Positions 27,001-41,400 of a DNA stretch of 64,000 nucleotides are shown here, piece by piece. The translations under genes and the position numbers were made by a program. The number at the start of each line of letters is the position of its first letter. The stretch's first letter is position 1. The DNA is from Lingula anatina (Eukaryota > Animalia > Brachiopoda): positions 8,432,001 to 8,496,000 of the forward strand of contig CM120647.1 in NCBI GenBank assembly GCA_051362555.1, read 5' to 3'. The notes below the pieces were generated by a model that had not been told where the DNA came from, did not search any database, and saw only the letters and a program-made list of their open reading frames with translations.

Positions 27001-30000
27001 GTACTGTAACATACATTCTGACAGTTACTAGTAATTAGCTGATCCTAATATTCCACCTAAGAAGCAATATTTCATGCCAGCTGAAACAACATGATCGCCC
27101 AAAAACCACCTGAAAACCTCATTTGGCTATACAACATTGAACTTAATTTTTATAACAAATTATTCTGAATAGATAGAGATAAGCAGAGACAAAAATAAAC
27201 ATGATAACAAAATTTGAAATAAAAATCAAGACAAGAGGCCAAAACTCTGTAAATTATGTACCCAATATTTCTCTACAAATTTAGGTGCTGGGACCCATTT
27301 CACAAAAAACTTGAGGCCCAAAATATGACTTTAACTTTGAGTCCAAATCTTTACCCTACTCGGACCCTATGTGAAGCCTTTAGCCCAATGAATCAGAGGG
27401 GTTTGAAGACTGTTCATTGAGGGGACTGTAATCAAGTGTTTGAAATCCAACTTAAATAATTTTTTATAATATAAGAAGATACCAAATTTAACTTATTTCA
27501 ACTCCAATGGGTGTCCTTACTAAGAATAGCACCTAAACTGCCTGTATGCAAATTGAAGATTTTTACTTCATGTGTCCGACTTTTTACATATTCATTTTTT
27601 GGTTACACTATAAGATGACAGCACAATCTTAGAACCATCTATTTAAACCGACTTAGTGCATTATTACCTAAAACAACAACTGATCACATGACAAATTTCT
27701 ACACACTGAAACTTGGTCATAAATCACTTTGTAAAGCATGAATATTATTCTATTCTTTCTTGAAAAATTGCAGGCCAAAAGTTAAGAATCAAGGCCTTGG
27801 TATTTTCTGGAGACACTTCTGGTATTTAAATTTTTATTTGTGTTAAAAGTCAATATTTTCTACAAATATTTTTGTATTCAAAACTTTATATATGCATTGG
27901 AAGTAGAACACTGAAAGAGCTTTGACTGGGCAAAAATAAAACTTGGCAAAATGAGTTTTATTTAAAGCACTGAAAGTTTCTTGCAGTTAGTTCATGTTTT
28001 AAAATCACAGGCCTAAAAGCAATGCATCGTGCTACCAATGTATCATTGAATAAATATAATATTTAGTGTTTAGTGTGTGTGAGTAGCTATGCATTGGAGA
28101 AGAAAATCCGAAATCATTATTCTGGTTAATTCTTACGTGCTGTGAGCCAGATATATATATTAAATACTACTAGGAGTAACGACTTCTTCCTGCACGTGCC
28201 CTAATTTTAGACAGTCTCCTATCATGCATGCAAGGAGCATGCTCTAACATCAGCTTGTCGTGCACAGAGTCTTCATGCACACGTACGCGCATGCAGGAGT
28301 ACTCACGTCTCAGAGTGGGTGATCTTGTCTTCGAGTTGGTGCACTTTCTCGGACGTCTTTTTGTACCTGTTTTATGGATCATCAGAGAAAGAAGTTATTA
28401 GCGCCCGAGACCACAAGAAGTCACTCACTAATTGGTCTCATCATGGCTTTGGCGCCATCTCAGTGGCCACCTGAATCTCACCCCTGTCAGGTGCCCACCA
28501 GGTGGCTTCAAATCAAGACAGGACTGCACCCATACTTCAATGTTCATAAAAGGCATCTCTTTTTGGTGAGAAAACCAGTTGAAGGACAACGAGGGCCTTT
28601 TCCATACAGTTTCAATAATGCTCTGCTCAATGAAGTGTGAAAGAAATATTATAGTCTTTTGATTATTCTATTTTTTTCCACATTCAAACTTTATCCAATA
28701 TTCAGTAATTCTGAACATTCTCCAGTAGTAAAGCGAGCCTCATGATAGCATGCATTCTCTCATGCACCAGACACATTTCTATCAAGCAGAATAGAGCAAA
28801 GAAAGAATGAAGCCTTTTTAAGAAGTAGAAACAAGACATAATTCACATTAAAACCAATTAAAATCGTAATGATTAAGAGCATCAAGCAATCAGTTGGACT
28901 GATTTATCAGATAATTGACTTCACATAAAAAGCGAGCCAAGCTCAAAGAAAAAAAAAACACAACCAGTGAATAAAAAAAATATTCCAACAGATCTTCTAT
29001 TAATCTTCTCTATACATTTAAGCAACACTGTTCATTAAACCCTTCAAAATCTGAAAGAACTTCACAATAAATTTAAAAATACCTTCGATTTCAAAAATGC
29101 CTTATATTTCAATTCCTTTTTTTTTTCCCAATCCAATGTTACTTTACAATGGCCACTTACGCGTCAGACTCCCGAATGCTGGTCAGCGTGCTGGAGACAT
29201 CTTGTTTGAACTCCTGCAGCGTCGTGATTCCAAGTTTCTTCTTCAGCTCGTTAGCATGGCGGACCTTCGCACCGAGGACTGATCTCAATGTCTGAATCTC
29301 TTCCTCTGTCTAGAAAAAGATGAAAGAGATAATTTAAAATCCTTAACTTTAAGGAACATGGAATCATCATTCAAATACAAAAAGGTTTTTACATTATTTA
29401 TTTTGATTTTGGAAATAAAAAAATGCACTATACCTGATCACCAAATCATGATTTAAACTAAGAAAAAAAATATTTTTTCGAATACATGCAAAAATTAAAA
29501 TGACACTAAGAACTTTCAAGTCATTAAAAAATTGAATGACTAGAAAAAAGAAATTACAAGACACAAGAAAAAGCAACATTAATTCTCCCAAAGTTTAATC
29601 ACATATACCTTTGCCAGCTCTACCCTCCATTCTTCCTTCTCTTTCTCTACTTCCGCAGGATCTTTAGTCGGCGATGTGTCTGCGATACCGCTATCTGGGG
29701 TGGCAAGTTCGGCAGTGTCGTAGAAGTGGTCGTCTAAGGTAAAATTTTAATACCATATTTAGCATAATTTTATTGTTGCCATGGACACATGACAATAATT
29801 TACTGAGGTTTTTTTCATTAAAACAACTATTCACAGCTCAGACTAGTCACTTTCCTCTTACGATAATACAATTTTTCGATCAGCTGCAATGTTACTGATG
29901 AAACAGGATGTGATGTCAGAGGTCAGCACGGCTCAATGTTACAGCTAGGCATAAATAACATTATGAATATAATGGTGAACATTTCAGTGACTCTTTGATT

Positions 30001-32370
30001 ACACTTCATTAAAACCTCCCAGTGCTTGAGCTATGATGATAATAATAATAACAGACATACTACCAAAAAATCAAAATAATAATTTTTAGGAAACTTGAAT
30101 TTGCTTTCCTTCTCTGTCTCTACATGGAATCAAGCAAAAGATTTTTGAGATCAAAATGGAGTCTAGGGCCACCCACTGGAATCAAACATACAAGCAATCA
30201 TCGAGAAAAGCTATAAAAATCTGATATCAAGTATTTGTTAACTATGGCAAGGTGGTCTTATACTATACTTCAACCTGAGCCTAATACCACACTGATAATT
30301 TCTAAAATCACCTCCACAATCTCCTGGAAATACTGACCTGAAAAAAGAAATCAATTTCCAGGAAGTGCTGACCTATATAAAATAAAGAAATCAATTATGT
30401 TCCCGTAGGCGAAACTATTTCCAGATTTGTCACTCAGAGTATTACAATGGCTCAGAGTAGCCATGATAAAGTCATCAGCTGGAACAAAATCAATAACGTT
30501 ATGTCATGCTGGTTCAGTCATTTCTCCCCAGAGACTCCAGACACTGAGCATTATTCTCTAAATGGGAAAAAAAAGAATGTTATTTTTTATTATTATTAAT
30601 TTTTTTTTTTTTGACTCAGAGCCATTCACAGGCTTCAAATTACCTCAGGCCCCCGTTTCACAAAGAATCTTAAATCCGTAGACGTCTTACTCGAGCTGGG
30701 TGGCCTAGCTAGGTCGACTTAGCTGAAGTCGACTAGGAGTGTTTCACAAAGAATCTAACGTCTTAGCTTGGCGTGCTTACCGTAGTCGACGCGCACGAGA
30801 AACTCTTCAAGAAAAGGAGGTGTAAAATTGCAAAAGTTTCACAAGACATGACGTTTCATGGCCTCTTTCGGCCGAGAACGATCGTTTATCAACAATAAAA
30901 GTCAGCCAAAACACAAACAAAGTTTGTTTTTGAACTTTATTGATAAGTTTAACTTCAATACAACTTCAAAGTAACAGTTAAACATTAGCTTGTCGTGGAA
31001 CACTACTGAGGGACCTCTAGCGGTCAAAAACATAAACAAACACGCGATCGGCTGGGTAAAGTGGAATTTTATTTTTTATTTTAATATTCCATAAATGCCA
31101 GTGCTATTCAAGGATATTATAACACAATATCTTAAAGGAGGTATGTTGTTTCCAAATTTTTGTTGTTTATGCTCTCATTTACCGAGTTTTAGTTGAGCTT
31201 GCCGACTTAAGTCTCCTCCCGAGGAGGCTTGGCATCGTCGACTTACAGCTAAGAAAAAAACGACGTAAGCGACCTTTTAGATTCTTTGTGAAACGGAACT
31301 TAGTGACGTAACGACTTAATTACGTTGGTAACCAAGCCCTAAGTCAGGGAAACCGACTTAAGTTTTTTTGTGAAACGGGGGCCAGGACCTGTTGGGTGGG
31401 TGGGGTATTTAAGTGTTTCTGGGGTGAGAAATGCACTGGCTCTAGTTTCATGAAAAAAAAACAACTTAAGTCAATTCCACGACTTAGTTGACTAGGATTT
31501 CCGTGAGAGTGCTGTTATACTGCTCCTAATAGGGTAAGATGTGACCACATGACCATGTAACCTTGTCTCATTTTAAAACATTTACAATGACTTCAAAAAT
31601 ACAGCATCTGTAAAATTTACAATTTTTCCCCCATTAAAAAGTTTAAGTAATTGCCAAAGTTTGCTTCATTTCTCCGTCATGGTAGTCCTATTACAGCATG
31701 CTTATATAAAACATAACATATTTCACAAAAGTCGTGGATCTTTTATAATACTGTTATCACAGTGGGGCAGAAAACTTAGCAAGCTCCACCATTCGGTTTT
31801 ACGATAAGTTTTCTATGGCGGGAAATAATCCCCACCTTTTATGATCTACAGAATTAAGCTATAAGCTTTGCATAATCCAACATAATTGGCAGCTCGCGAA
31901 TCGCAGTGCATTACGTAGGAAGTGACTCCATTGCCCCATTACTTTATCCATTATCAACCCTTAGATCACAAAATGAACAAAAATTTGAAATATGAATATA
32001 AAGTCTTAGCTAATGATAAAAATTTTATCTCCATTTTGAAGGCATCGCCTTGTGAAATTCAATAAACAAAAAACAGCTACTACGCTTATATTCCACAGGA
32101 AATGAAACCACAGACCAAGTGAGATGAACTTTGAATCCAGACAGCGGTTAAGAGCCCTTTTCTACTTCCAATCCATCACTGTGAAAGAGGATGACGTGAC
32201 TACAAAGTTTTTTTTTTCCTACATCACACACTGTAGTTATGAGTGTCTCTTAAACAAATTGTAGAGATTAATTTATGAAGTAAAATTAAAATTCAGGATG
32301 TAGAACCACTTTTTTTTTTTTTTTTTTGCCACTCACAACATTGGGCATGGAAAGCAAGGTCCAAGGATGT

Positions 32371-32413
<43 letters not shown>

Positions 32414-34066
32414 GAACAGATAAAAACCTTTTCTCCATTCTGAACACTGAAATTTCTGCCAAGTAATTAACAAGACTTATCCCTCTCACCTATCTCAGCG
32501 TAACTCGTCCCTCCTGCTTCAACCCCAATGGGATGTCCAAGATCAACACTCTCCATTATGGACAGAATCCACGATATTTCTCCAAGTTCACTCTTGATAT
32601 CAAGTCCCAGTAAAGATGCTCGAATTGAAATTTTTTCTTCAACTCTGTCAAAACTCACAGTAGATATTTGCTCCAATAAAAGAGTGGAATATTCATTTTC
32701 AACCCCAAAAGCTTTCTAATTGTTAACACAGAGCCCTCTTCACTGGCCCAGGGAATATACTTCATGGAATCTCCTCCAAGTTCACGACAGATATTCAAGC
32801 TCCAAAGAACAGTTCAGAATAAATTTGTTTTCAACCTCGAAGCTTTACAGTTTCCTCTCATATACTGTTGTCTGGGTAAGAGCAAGGTAATAACTTGGGT
32901 CAAAAAGCAAAAAAATAATAATTAAGCTTTAAAAAATATTAGAATGACACCATGAATGCTCCAGTCACTATATATCAGTATTATTTGACTATTCCAGATT
33001 AAAAAACCCTGCCTGGTACTAGTGATTTGATCCTACAGCTCAGCATCTGATGGTACGCAGAATACAGAGACCTCAACCTCCCAGAGACTTCACTTTTCAC
33101 GGTATAATCCTACAAACGAACGCAACAAAACGCCTTTCAGGCAGATCACGTCAGATCAAATCTCCACAATCAAACAGAAATTCCCTCAAGCAGAATCCCC
33201 TGGATAAAAAGATACAGAAAATCCCTCGAGCATAGAGGCAAATGTTGCTGATATAGTCAGTCTCCTAAGCTGGACCTAATTCTGTCCTGCGGTTAACCAT
33301 GTAATAATGACCTACCACAGGTATTAAATCACCCTCACAAAACCAAACCAAACACCCCAGCTTCTTAATCCATCTTTCTTGAAATTTACAACACACAAAA
33401 CACAAAGATATCTCTCCTCCTTCGTCCTGATCTGGCTAAGGCAACAATACAGCTAAATGTCAAGTGAAACAGAAGACCACTGCTCTGCGCCAGGCTATCA
33501 GTCGGCTCTACTATCTAAATCCGATTACTGATTACTCCATCCGCTACACGGTCTGGAATATCCACTGCTTGTGAATAATAATGCTGTATTGCCATTATGC
33601 ATACGTTACTCCCACTGGTTCAGATAGCATTTACTTTATGCACTGTCACGACTCAAAAAAATATTAGCTTATTCAATTTTGGTTTTGCATATTTTTTCTT
33701 AAAAATGAAGCATATTGGAAGCCTAAAGGGTACAATAGAATACCACCATGGAAAATGTTGTAATACAGCTTTCCTATGAAGAATTTACAGTACCTTCTTT
33801 GCCCTTAAATTATTGACGTCCTGCTGCTCAATATTCTGCAGTATTGCTGACCCGTTTCAATCATATATCGCTGTCATTGGCCAAATGTGCACATATAACT
33901 ATATGCCAATGAAAGTGGTTTTCATGAGCCATGTGCAGATTAATATTGTTTAATTTTACTTTTTTTTTTTTTGGATAAATTTATAAATGTAATATTACAA
34001 ACATGTATATCTGCGAAAGTAGATAAGCCTTAAAATGCTGCTGTGAATGCATTTAGAGCTCAAATA

Positions 34067-34122
<56 letters not shown>

Positions 34123-37100
34123 TGTCACAATGTTGAACAAATATATACTGGTCACCACAATGGCTTACAGAGAGACCCCACTGAGCTGCAGACTTCAATA
34201 GCCAACATTAGTCTAACTAGTCTCAAAGATGACAGGAATCGGTTCATTAAGCATTCTGAGCAGTCATGTGATGAACAGTCTACATGATGTCAAACCCAAA
34301 GGAAGTCCGACAACTTCTTTTCTCATTACAGCCGACTCAATATATATACATGTATGTACGATGTCTGCAATTTATATTATAATGATAATAAAAGAGAGGG
34401 GGCTTAAAATGTTGCTTTAAATTTGCATATCTCATGTTTTAGATAAATTATCATTGAGAAAAATAAAACCCTATGAAATGAAACAAAGCATAATCACCTT
34501 CAGCATCAGGTCAAATAATTGTTATGCTATATTGAGCTTTAAATAATAATCAAAGCAACAAGCTTGCAAGAATTTCGTGTCCAACAAAGAGTAACTATCA
34601 TGATAACTACTTGTCATGATTTTTTCACACACACCACTTTTTCCAATCTTTTCTTTTACAAGATAAATATATCCTTTCGAGGCACTGTCAAAACTGGAGC
34701 CTCTGACTAAAAAGCCAACTCAATTTTCAAACCTACAAAGTAACATTTTAAAGTTTTCCTTAATATAAAAAATTTTTGGAGAAAAAATGCCAATTTGTTT
34801 TGTGTCAAATTAATTGAGAAATTTCCGTAGCTTGAGATCAATAAGCAGCAGGGAAATATGTATCTGGGCGTCAGGTCAATGCCATCTAGTTGAGGGAACA
34901 TCGCCAGACAATTTACTGATAAGACACACAATGGGAATGCATGTAGTTCTATTTCAAAGATAGCCTTGTGATTAAAATGAGACAAGACTGGTAACCATGG
35001 CAACAACAAAAAGTAAATAACGTTATGGTATACACATGTATATAGTGTCTAAATGAAAAGTTAACGATACTCTACTCAATGGTATATAAAGGGTACCATT
35101 GGTATATCAATGAACCCCTGGCTCTGCTCAAAAGGGGGCGCAACAGAGTTTTTGTTAATTTTTGTGCGTAATACAATCATGGCTAAACTATCCAACTCCC
35201 TGCCCTACACCAAGCAACAGCCATAACAGACCAGCAACTGTGATGAAATTTTGCCAATCATACCAAAAAGGTCAGCAATTATTTCAAATTCACCCCCCAG
35301 CAAGTGTACATAATTTTTCAACTATCAGTGCACTACCTTATAGTTTTTTAAACCTTAATTTCCCTTCAGCCATAGTCATTTTACTAAAATTTTGGCAAAA
35401 GTCTATTCAGTCTAAATATACCTACATATCTGTCCAAACACCATAATGTCCACTTTCACATCAAGCTTCACAATGAAATGAAGTTGTCCAGTTTAAGAGT
35501 CCGACTAAACTTGTTACTACACAAAAAGGGCACAACTCTCTTGCGCAAGTCTACCACAAGCTCACTTCCTGCGGTTAAAGATTTATCAACTGGCCGTGCC
35601 AGGCACGAGTCGCCTGTTAAGTTACTCTTTTTGGTAATAGCTAGATCATTTGTGCTCAATTGCTCAAAACTGTCATTTACAGCAATAACTTGATCTTTTC
35701 CATAGGCAAAAAAGATCAAACTTTCAGATACATACTAGTAATTTTATAATCACAAATATCATATTTCAATATCCCATTTGTGGTGCTTGTACTACACTGA
35801 TAGAACTACAGAGTAGCCTGCTTTTTAATTTTGTAACTACCACTCAGTAAGCTTGTCAAACTTTTAGAAATTATGACTGAAAACTACGGTATCTGTAAAA
35901 TTCACAATTTATCCCCACTGAGTTAATTGAGTAATTACCAAAGTGCCTCATGTGCCTATAGCTCAAGGGTACAATGCCCAGGGCACCACTGATAAAGGGG
36001 CGTGGCTAAGGGATATTTTATGGGGAGTGGATGATAGGAGGGGATGGCACGTACGGCACCATGCCTGGGGTTTTCCCCCCAAACAGATGTCGAAGACAGA
36101 TTTTTATTTACTGTTTCACACCTAATGCTCCCACACGAGATGACAGTTCAGACTGCTTAGTAACACAATGCCTATGGTTGGATTCACCACAGCGGACTTA
36201 CAGGTCCAGGGATCAAATATGGCCAACAAACCTGAATGCTTGTCATGTAATCCCTGCGGGGAAACTATTCCGTGTCTGTTATGGGATTATGCAGCAAAGC
36301 TTTCAAGTGGGGCGGCCATATTTGATCAGAGGATCTGTTAATCCAAATTTTAGTCAACTTGTTCTGAATGTGATAATTGACAGAGGCGTCAATGAGAGAA
36401 TTTCCATAGAAGGATACTTTCGCCCTCCAATTGAATTGCCCTACCTTGCTTCTTCTGATCCGCCATTTTGTTCATGGCATCCTCTACGTCCTCTGATTCT
36501 TCCACAGTTTTATCGGTGTTTATTTCGTCGTCACTGAAACTCCCCGAGGTATGAACAAGTTTGAGAAAAGAGTGGTAATTATTGGGACTTGTGATGGTTG
36601 GCTGATACTCCAAATTGTATTCTTCCTCCTCAGCCTCTTTTGCAGGTATCTTCCTCGTTCGTACACCCTTCGGTTTTGAACTTTCTTTGGAGTTGTTGCG
36701 ATTGAAAATCTTCTGCATTGTACAATCCAAAACAGGCTGTTAAAGACAGCCAATAGTCTCCCTTAACAGTACTTGTCAAATAAATAGGGCGTTTTTATTC
36801 CAATGATGACAATGCATCCAAAAAACACAAAAATAAGACTCTGTTGGGACAATTTGGGATGGTCAGTTAGGCCTGATAAAGATGATGAAATAACTTGTTT
36901 GTAACAGTTATCTTTAAGATCTAACAGTTACCTAAAGGACTGCAATCTGCATAAAATCATGTTAAATTGTTATTCATTGTGACCTCTGAGGATTATCAGA
37001 TTGTCAGTGTCACATGACGAGGAGGAGTTTGGTCAAACCACGTTTCTGTTTAATCTTGTCTTGTCCTGAGTGACACCCGCCTCTCAAACCTCCCCCACTC

Positions 37101-38420
37101 TCAGTCAAACAACAATCTATTTAAATGGTGCCTTAGAATTACCCCAAACCTTCCTTTAGAGCATTAAAAATACTTCAATGAAAAACAAATCTTTTGTCCA
37201 ATCCTCCAGAAGTTGTAAATCACTTTTACGTCCTAAACTCGAATCCTAAATCACTTCACATCTTCACACCTCTCTCCTAGATCACGGGACGTCTGGCGGC
37301 TTAGAGGTGACCTCTGACCTCAGCCTCTTAGTGGTGACCTTTGACCTTGTGGACACTTTAATCCAGCTTTTATCTGTTCCTCACCTCCTCCAGTGACAAC
37401 ACAATAAACAGTGAGCAGAGGGGGAGGGGACGATGTCCTCAATCTTGGACTGATATAATAAGTATAATTTTACATGTAACAAACCGCTTTTATCACAATA
37501 TGCAAGCTAAAAAATTAGGCTTCCAAATATTCCATATCAGTATGATTACAGTGATGATACTCTTTAAGAAGCAGGTGACGCTCCAGCGTTGTGGAGAAAA
37601 TAATATTGCTCCAGCTGGAAAATTCTTCTTTTTAGTAACTCCTCTTCCTCTGGTTCCAAATTTTTCTCTCACCTCTCAGTGTGTCGCAAAGACTGCTAAC
37701 CATAAGCTTAACTTGCGTGTCAATAGTCCCAGATTAAGTGTCACATAAAAAGTTGTTCATGCACCCGTTTCACCTTTGACTTCATTGTATGAAATAATGG
37801 CCAATCCTCATTTTTAACTGTATCCAACATCTAAATAGCATCAGATAAGATGAAATCAGTAATTATCATCTCAGATTAAGTCATCTCAGTCTGTGTCCTA
37901 GATGCTACAAGTTGTGATGTGGCACAGTTAGTAGAGCAAGGTGAAAGTTCAGTCCTAATCTAAGTTACAGTGGATGTCAAATATTTGGTGACATTAGTCA
38001 ACTAGAATTAAATACCTAGTAGTCCTAACCAAAAGCCATTTCTTTCTTTGTTATAAAACAGGTGCAATATTTCATTTAAATGGCCTATTTATGGCTTAAC
38101 TTGTATCAAAGTGGACTTAAATTTGGTCTTAAATTTTAGCCAAATTTGGGTCTTAAGATTTCCTGCGGAATGGGTCACATAGACTAGTTTAGATTTGTCT
38201 ATGTGTCACCTGTGTCAACCTACTGCTGAGTCAATTATTAAATAACACTTGTTCTGACTGAACGTTGTCATCTCAAGCCAAATATATTCAAACTACTTAC
38301 GTCAATAAAGGTCAATTTTACCTAAGGATGGTCGGAAATATGAATATATCATGGACACAAAGCATTACCATTACACTTAATCACTTACTAGTACTAGTAA
38401 ATGTAACAGATGGTTAATTG

Positions 38421-38463
<43 letters not shown>

Positions 38464-41400
38464 ATGTGTAGCCTACTGTGATCCAAATCTTCTTTAAATC
38501 TATTTACCACTAACAAAACATACAAGGCACATTAAAGACACCCAGAGATCAAGTAACAGACTTTTCACCCCCAGAGTCGCACCACTGGTCTGGCTGATAA
38601 GACATCTGTGACTCAGTCTCTTCAGGTACCTGTGTACTGGCATCAGGACGCATGTTAACAGATTAACTATTTGGTAAATACAATGACACTTATACTCTCC
38701 AAGATAGAAATCTCTTGCTAACACCAGTTTTATTTTTTAGTGTGTCTGTCATGCCACAGGGGGCAGCACTACAAGACAAGCATCATTTCAAACTTTGAGA
38801 TTTTACTGAAAAAGATTAAATTACAATATATAGTACTAAAATTTCACAAGAAGACCTGACCAGTAACCGGTAGAGTCAAATGACAATGTGCAAGAGAAAT
38901 CTCCTGGTACCTCCAGTTTCATTTTTAGTGCGTTACCATATTTTGCAAAGTCCACCAGTATAGGCTAGGCACTTTAACAAATTTAAATTTTAAATCATAG
39001 ATCCAGACTTGTGATTGTTAATGAAAACTAAGTCATATCAGCATCAGTCAAAATGCTTACGCAAGTTTGCTGTTAACTTGTCACTATTATTATTATTATT
39101 ATTTTTATGCTCACTTCAAGATAAAGTGACAATAGTGCACTTCAATAATTTAAAAGTGCATACTGGTCTACCATGTGATAAAATAAAATTTATACAATAT
39201 TTCATATAATTGGACAACATACAATACTGGCCTTTTGCAAAACTATTGTATTGTACCCTGTGGGAAGTGAGATAGTCAACAGATATGCACTCTCTCCCAG
39301 ACATATTTTTATTTGTCAGTGGGGGTAGCTTTACATCAAGGTATTGCTCAGTAGCACACATCCATGTCCATGTTATGTAAGGCAAGTAAAGCATGGCCTC
39401 GGACTTACTTAAGATGCCCTAGATTATATTCAACCCCTAATTATCCTCCTCTGCTGCTTATCCGCTGTTTGAGGGGCAGGTAAGGGTGGGTAATAACATG
39501 AGATAAGACATCTGATACTGAGTACATTCCTATAGGGGCCTATACTTTAATTTTGTCTGGTATTTTAGACGCCACTGTGATATCAGAGAGTGAAGAGATC
39601 CCTGGGTTTTATGTACTTGGAAACAGTACCAGACTAAATTCTGAAGCCATATTCACAGCCAGAGTTGATCCACTAACTAACAGATCTGCGGATAAAATAT
39701 GGCCGACCCACTGGAAGGATTATACCTGGTAATCCCTAGGGGAAACTATTCAGTGTCTATTAGGGGATTGTGTGGCAAGTTTTCAAGTGGGTCGGCCATA
39801 TTTGATCCACAGATCAGTTAGTCAGGGGATCAAATTGTTCTGAATGCACCCTAACATGTATCCAAAGCAGATAATGCCAAGTACCTTGTAATACTCTTGA
39901 GTAGCTATTAGTTTTTTGCTATTAGTTTTTTTTTTTTTTTTTTTTTTTTTTAAGTGCACTCTCTGTTGGCTGATAAACTTGAGTGTGAATCTGAGAAGGT
40001 GCCTGAATAATTGTTTTGGGTGAGAAGAGAAAAAGAGGTCAAACATTAGCACAAGCATGGAAGGAAAAAAATTGTATCAACCAGTGAAAAAGACCAGAAA
40101 CACTTGTTTACATAGGAAACGTCCCTCTGAACTGAAATCTTTACTTCTTTTACTGTAATAGCATGTTTTTTATACTTCTCTAGCTGTGTTATACTTGAAA
40201 GGAAGTCCAAGCTTAAAATTTTGATATCAATCCTCCCTCCTCATCTTTCAATCTATATTTTACTAGTAATGTATAATCAGCAGACATCCTCAAAAGCAGC
40301 TGCTCAATATAATACAGAAACAATCATGAAAAGTTTATCCAGACTGACCTAATGAGAGAACCAAATTAGTAACAAGCAGTTTTATTACTGTAGCAGGTTG
40401 CTTTCACTTCTTTAGTTGTGTTATTCCTAAAAGGACATCAAAAATTAAATTTTCAATATATTTTATGCCTATCTATCTTTCAATGTACACTTTGATGAGT
40501 TGACATCCTCTAAAGCAGCTGCTCAAAACAATATAAAAGCAATCATGACGAGTATATCCAGACTGACCTAATGAGAGTGATCAAATTAGTATCGAGCAGG
40601 AAAACACACAGACTGCATAATTAAAGATTTCTGTACCAAGCAAGGACCAGGGGTGAGACTACCGTTTTGTGAAAAAGTCCAAAAATATGACATGAGGTTC
40701 AGGGAGCCCTCTGCATCGATCTCAAAACAATCTTTTGGCTCCCAAAAAGTCAGAAATCTGCTGATAATTGGAGAAATATCATAAGTGAAGGACAAGTCCC
40801 TTTATCTTCTTCCTAGTAAATATGTTGTCTAGTTTAGTTAATGGCATTGAAAGGCAAACACTGGCTTTAAATCATTTGCGTAATGTGCACCATTCAATCT
40901 CGGCATACGCCAGAATTGATCTTATTGTATCTTAAATTCAAGATCTGACAAATTGCAATATGAAGACCAATTCGCAGTGAGTGTATGTGATATTTAGAAT
41001 CATCAAAACACAGTTTGCTGTGGTAATTCAATTCCAAGTCTTAAATCTGCCAGTAATGGCACTATATGTCAACTTAATGGCCTAAAGCTTATGACCAGTG
41101 CGCTGTATAAGTCATGACTGTTGCGGGATATTTCAAAGTTCAGCAGAATATTCAAATTATAGTCTTTTTCAGTTTAAGGTACTAGAAGCCTATCCAGGAT
41201 AATCACAAAGAGTCTAACGTTCTGCCAGATAAAAAAGCAATGTTTCCTATACATCGGTCATTGCTCGACCCATCCTTGTTCTTTGATTGGATGTTCTGTT
41301 GCCACATCCAATCAATTGGTTTAGTTCCAATTCTCTGAGTGGTTTTATCATTTGTAAGGTCTGCACTGGGAAAGAAAAATTAAGTACTAGTAGCTTTGCA

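Noticed and set aside
36031-36537. 168-aa plus-strand ORF, the longest in the track
   Set aside because: Runs through a MITE remnant and antisense to the better-supported minus-strand exon; no recognisable domain
38301-38321. 21-nt AG..GTAAGT microexon candidate in TPD52 intron 1
   Set aside because: In the required phase 1 it contains an in-frame TGA
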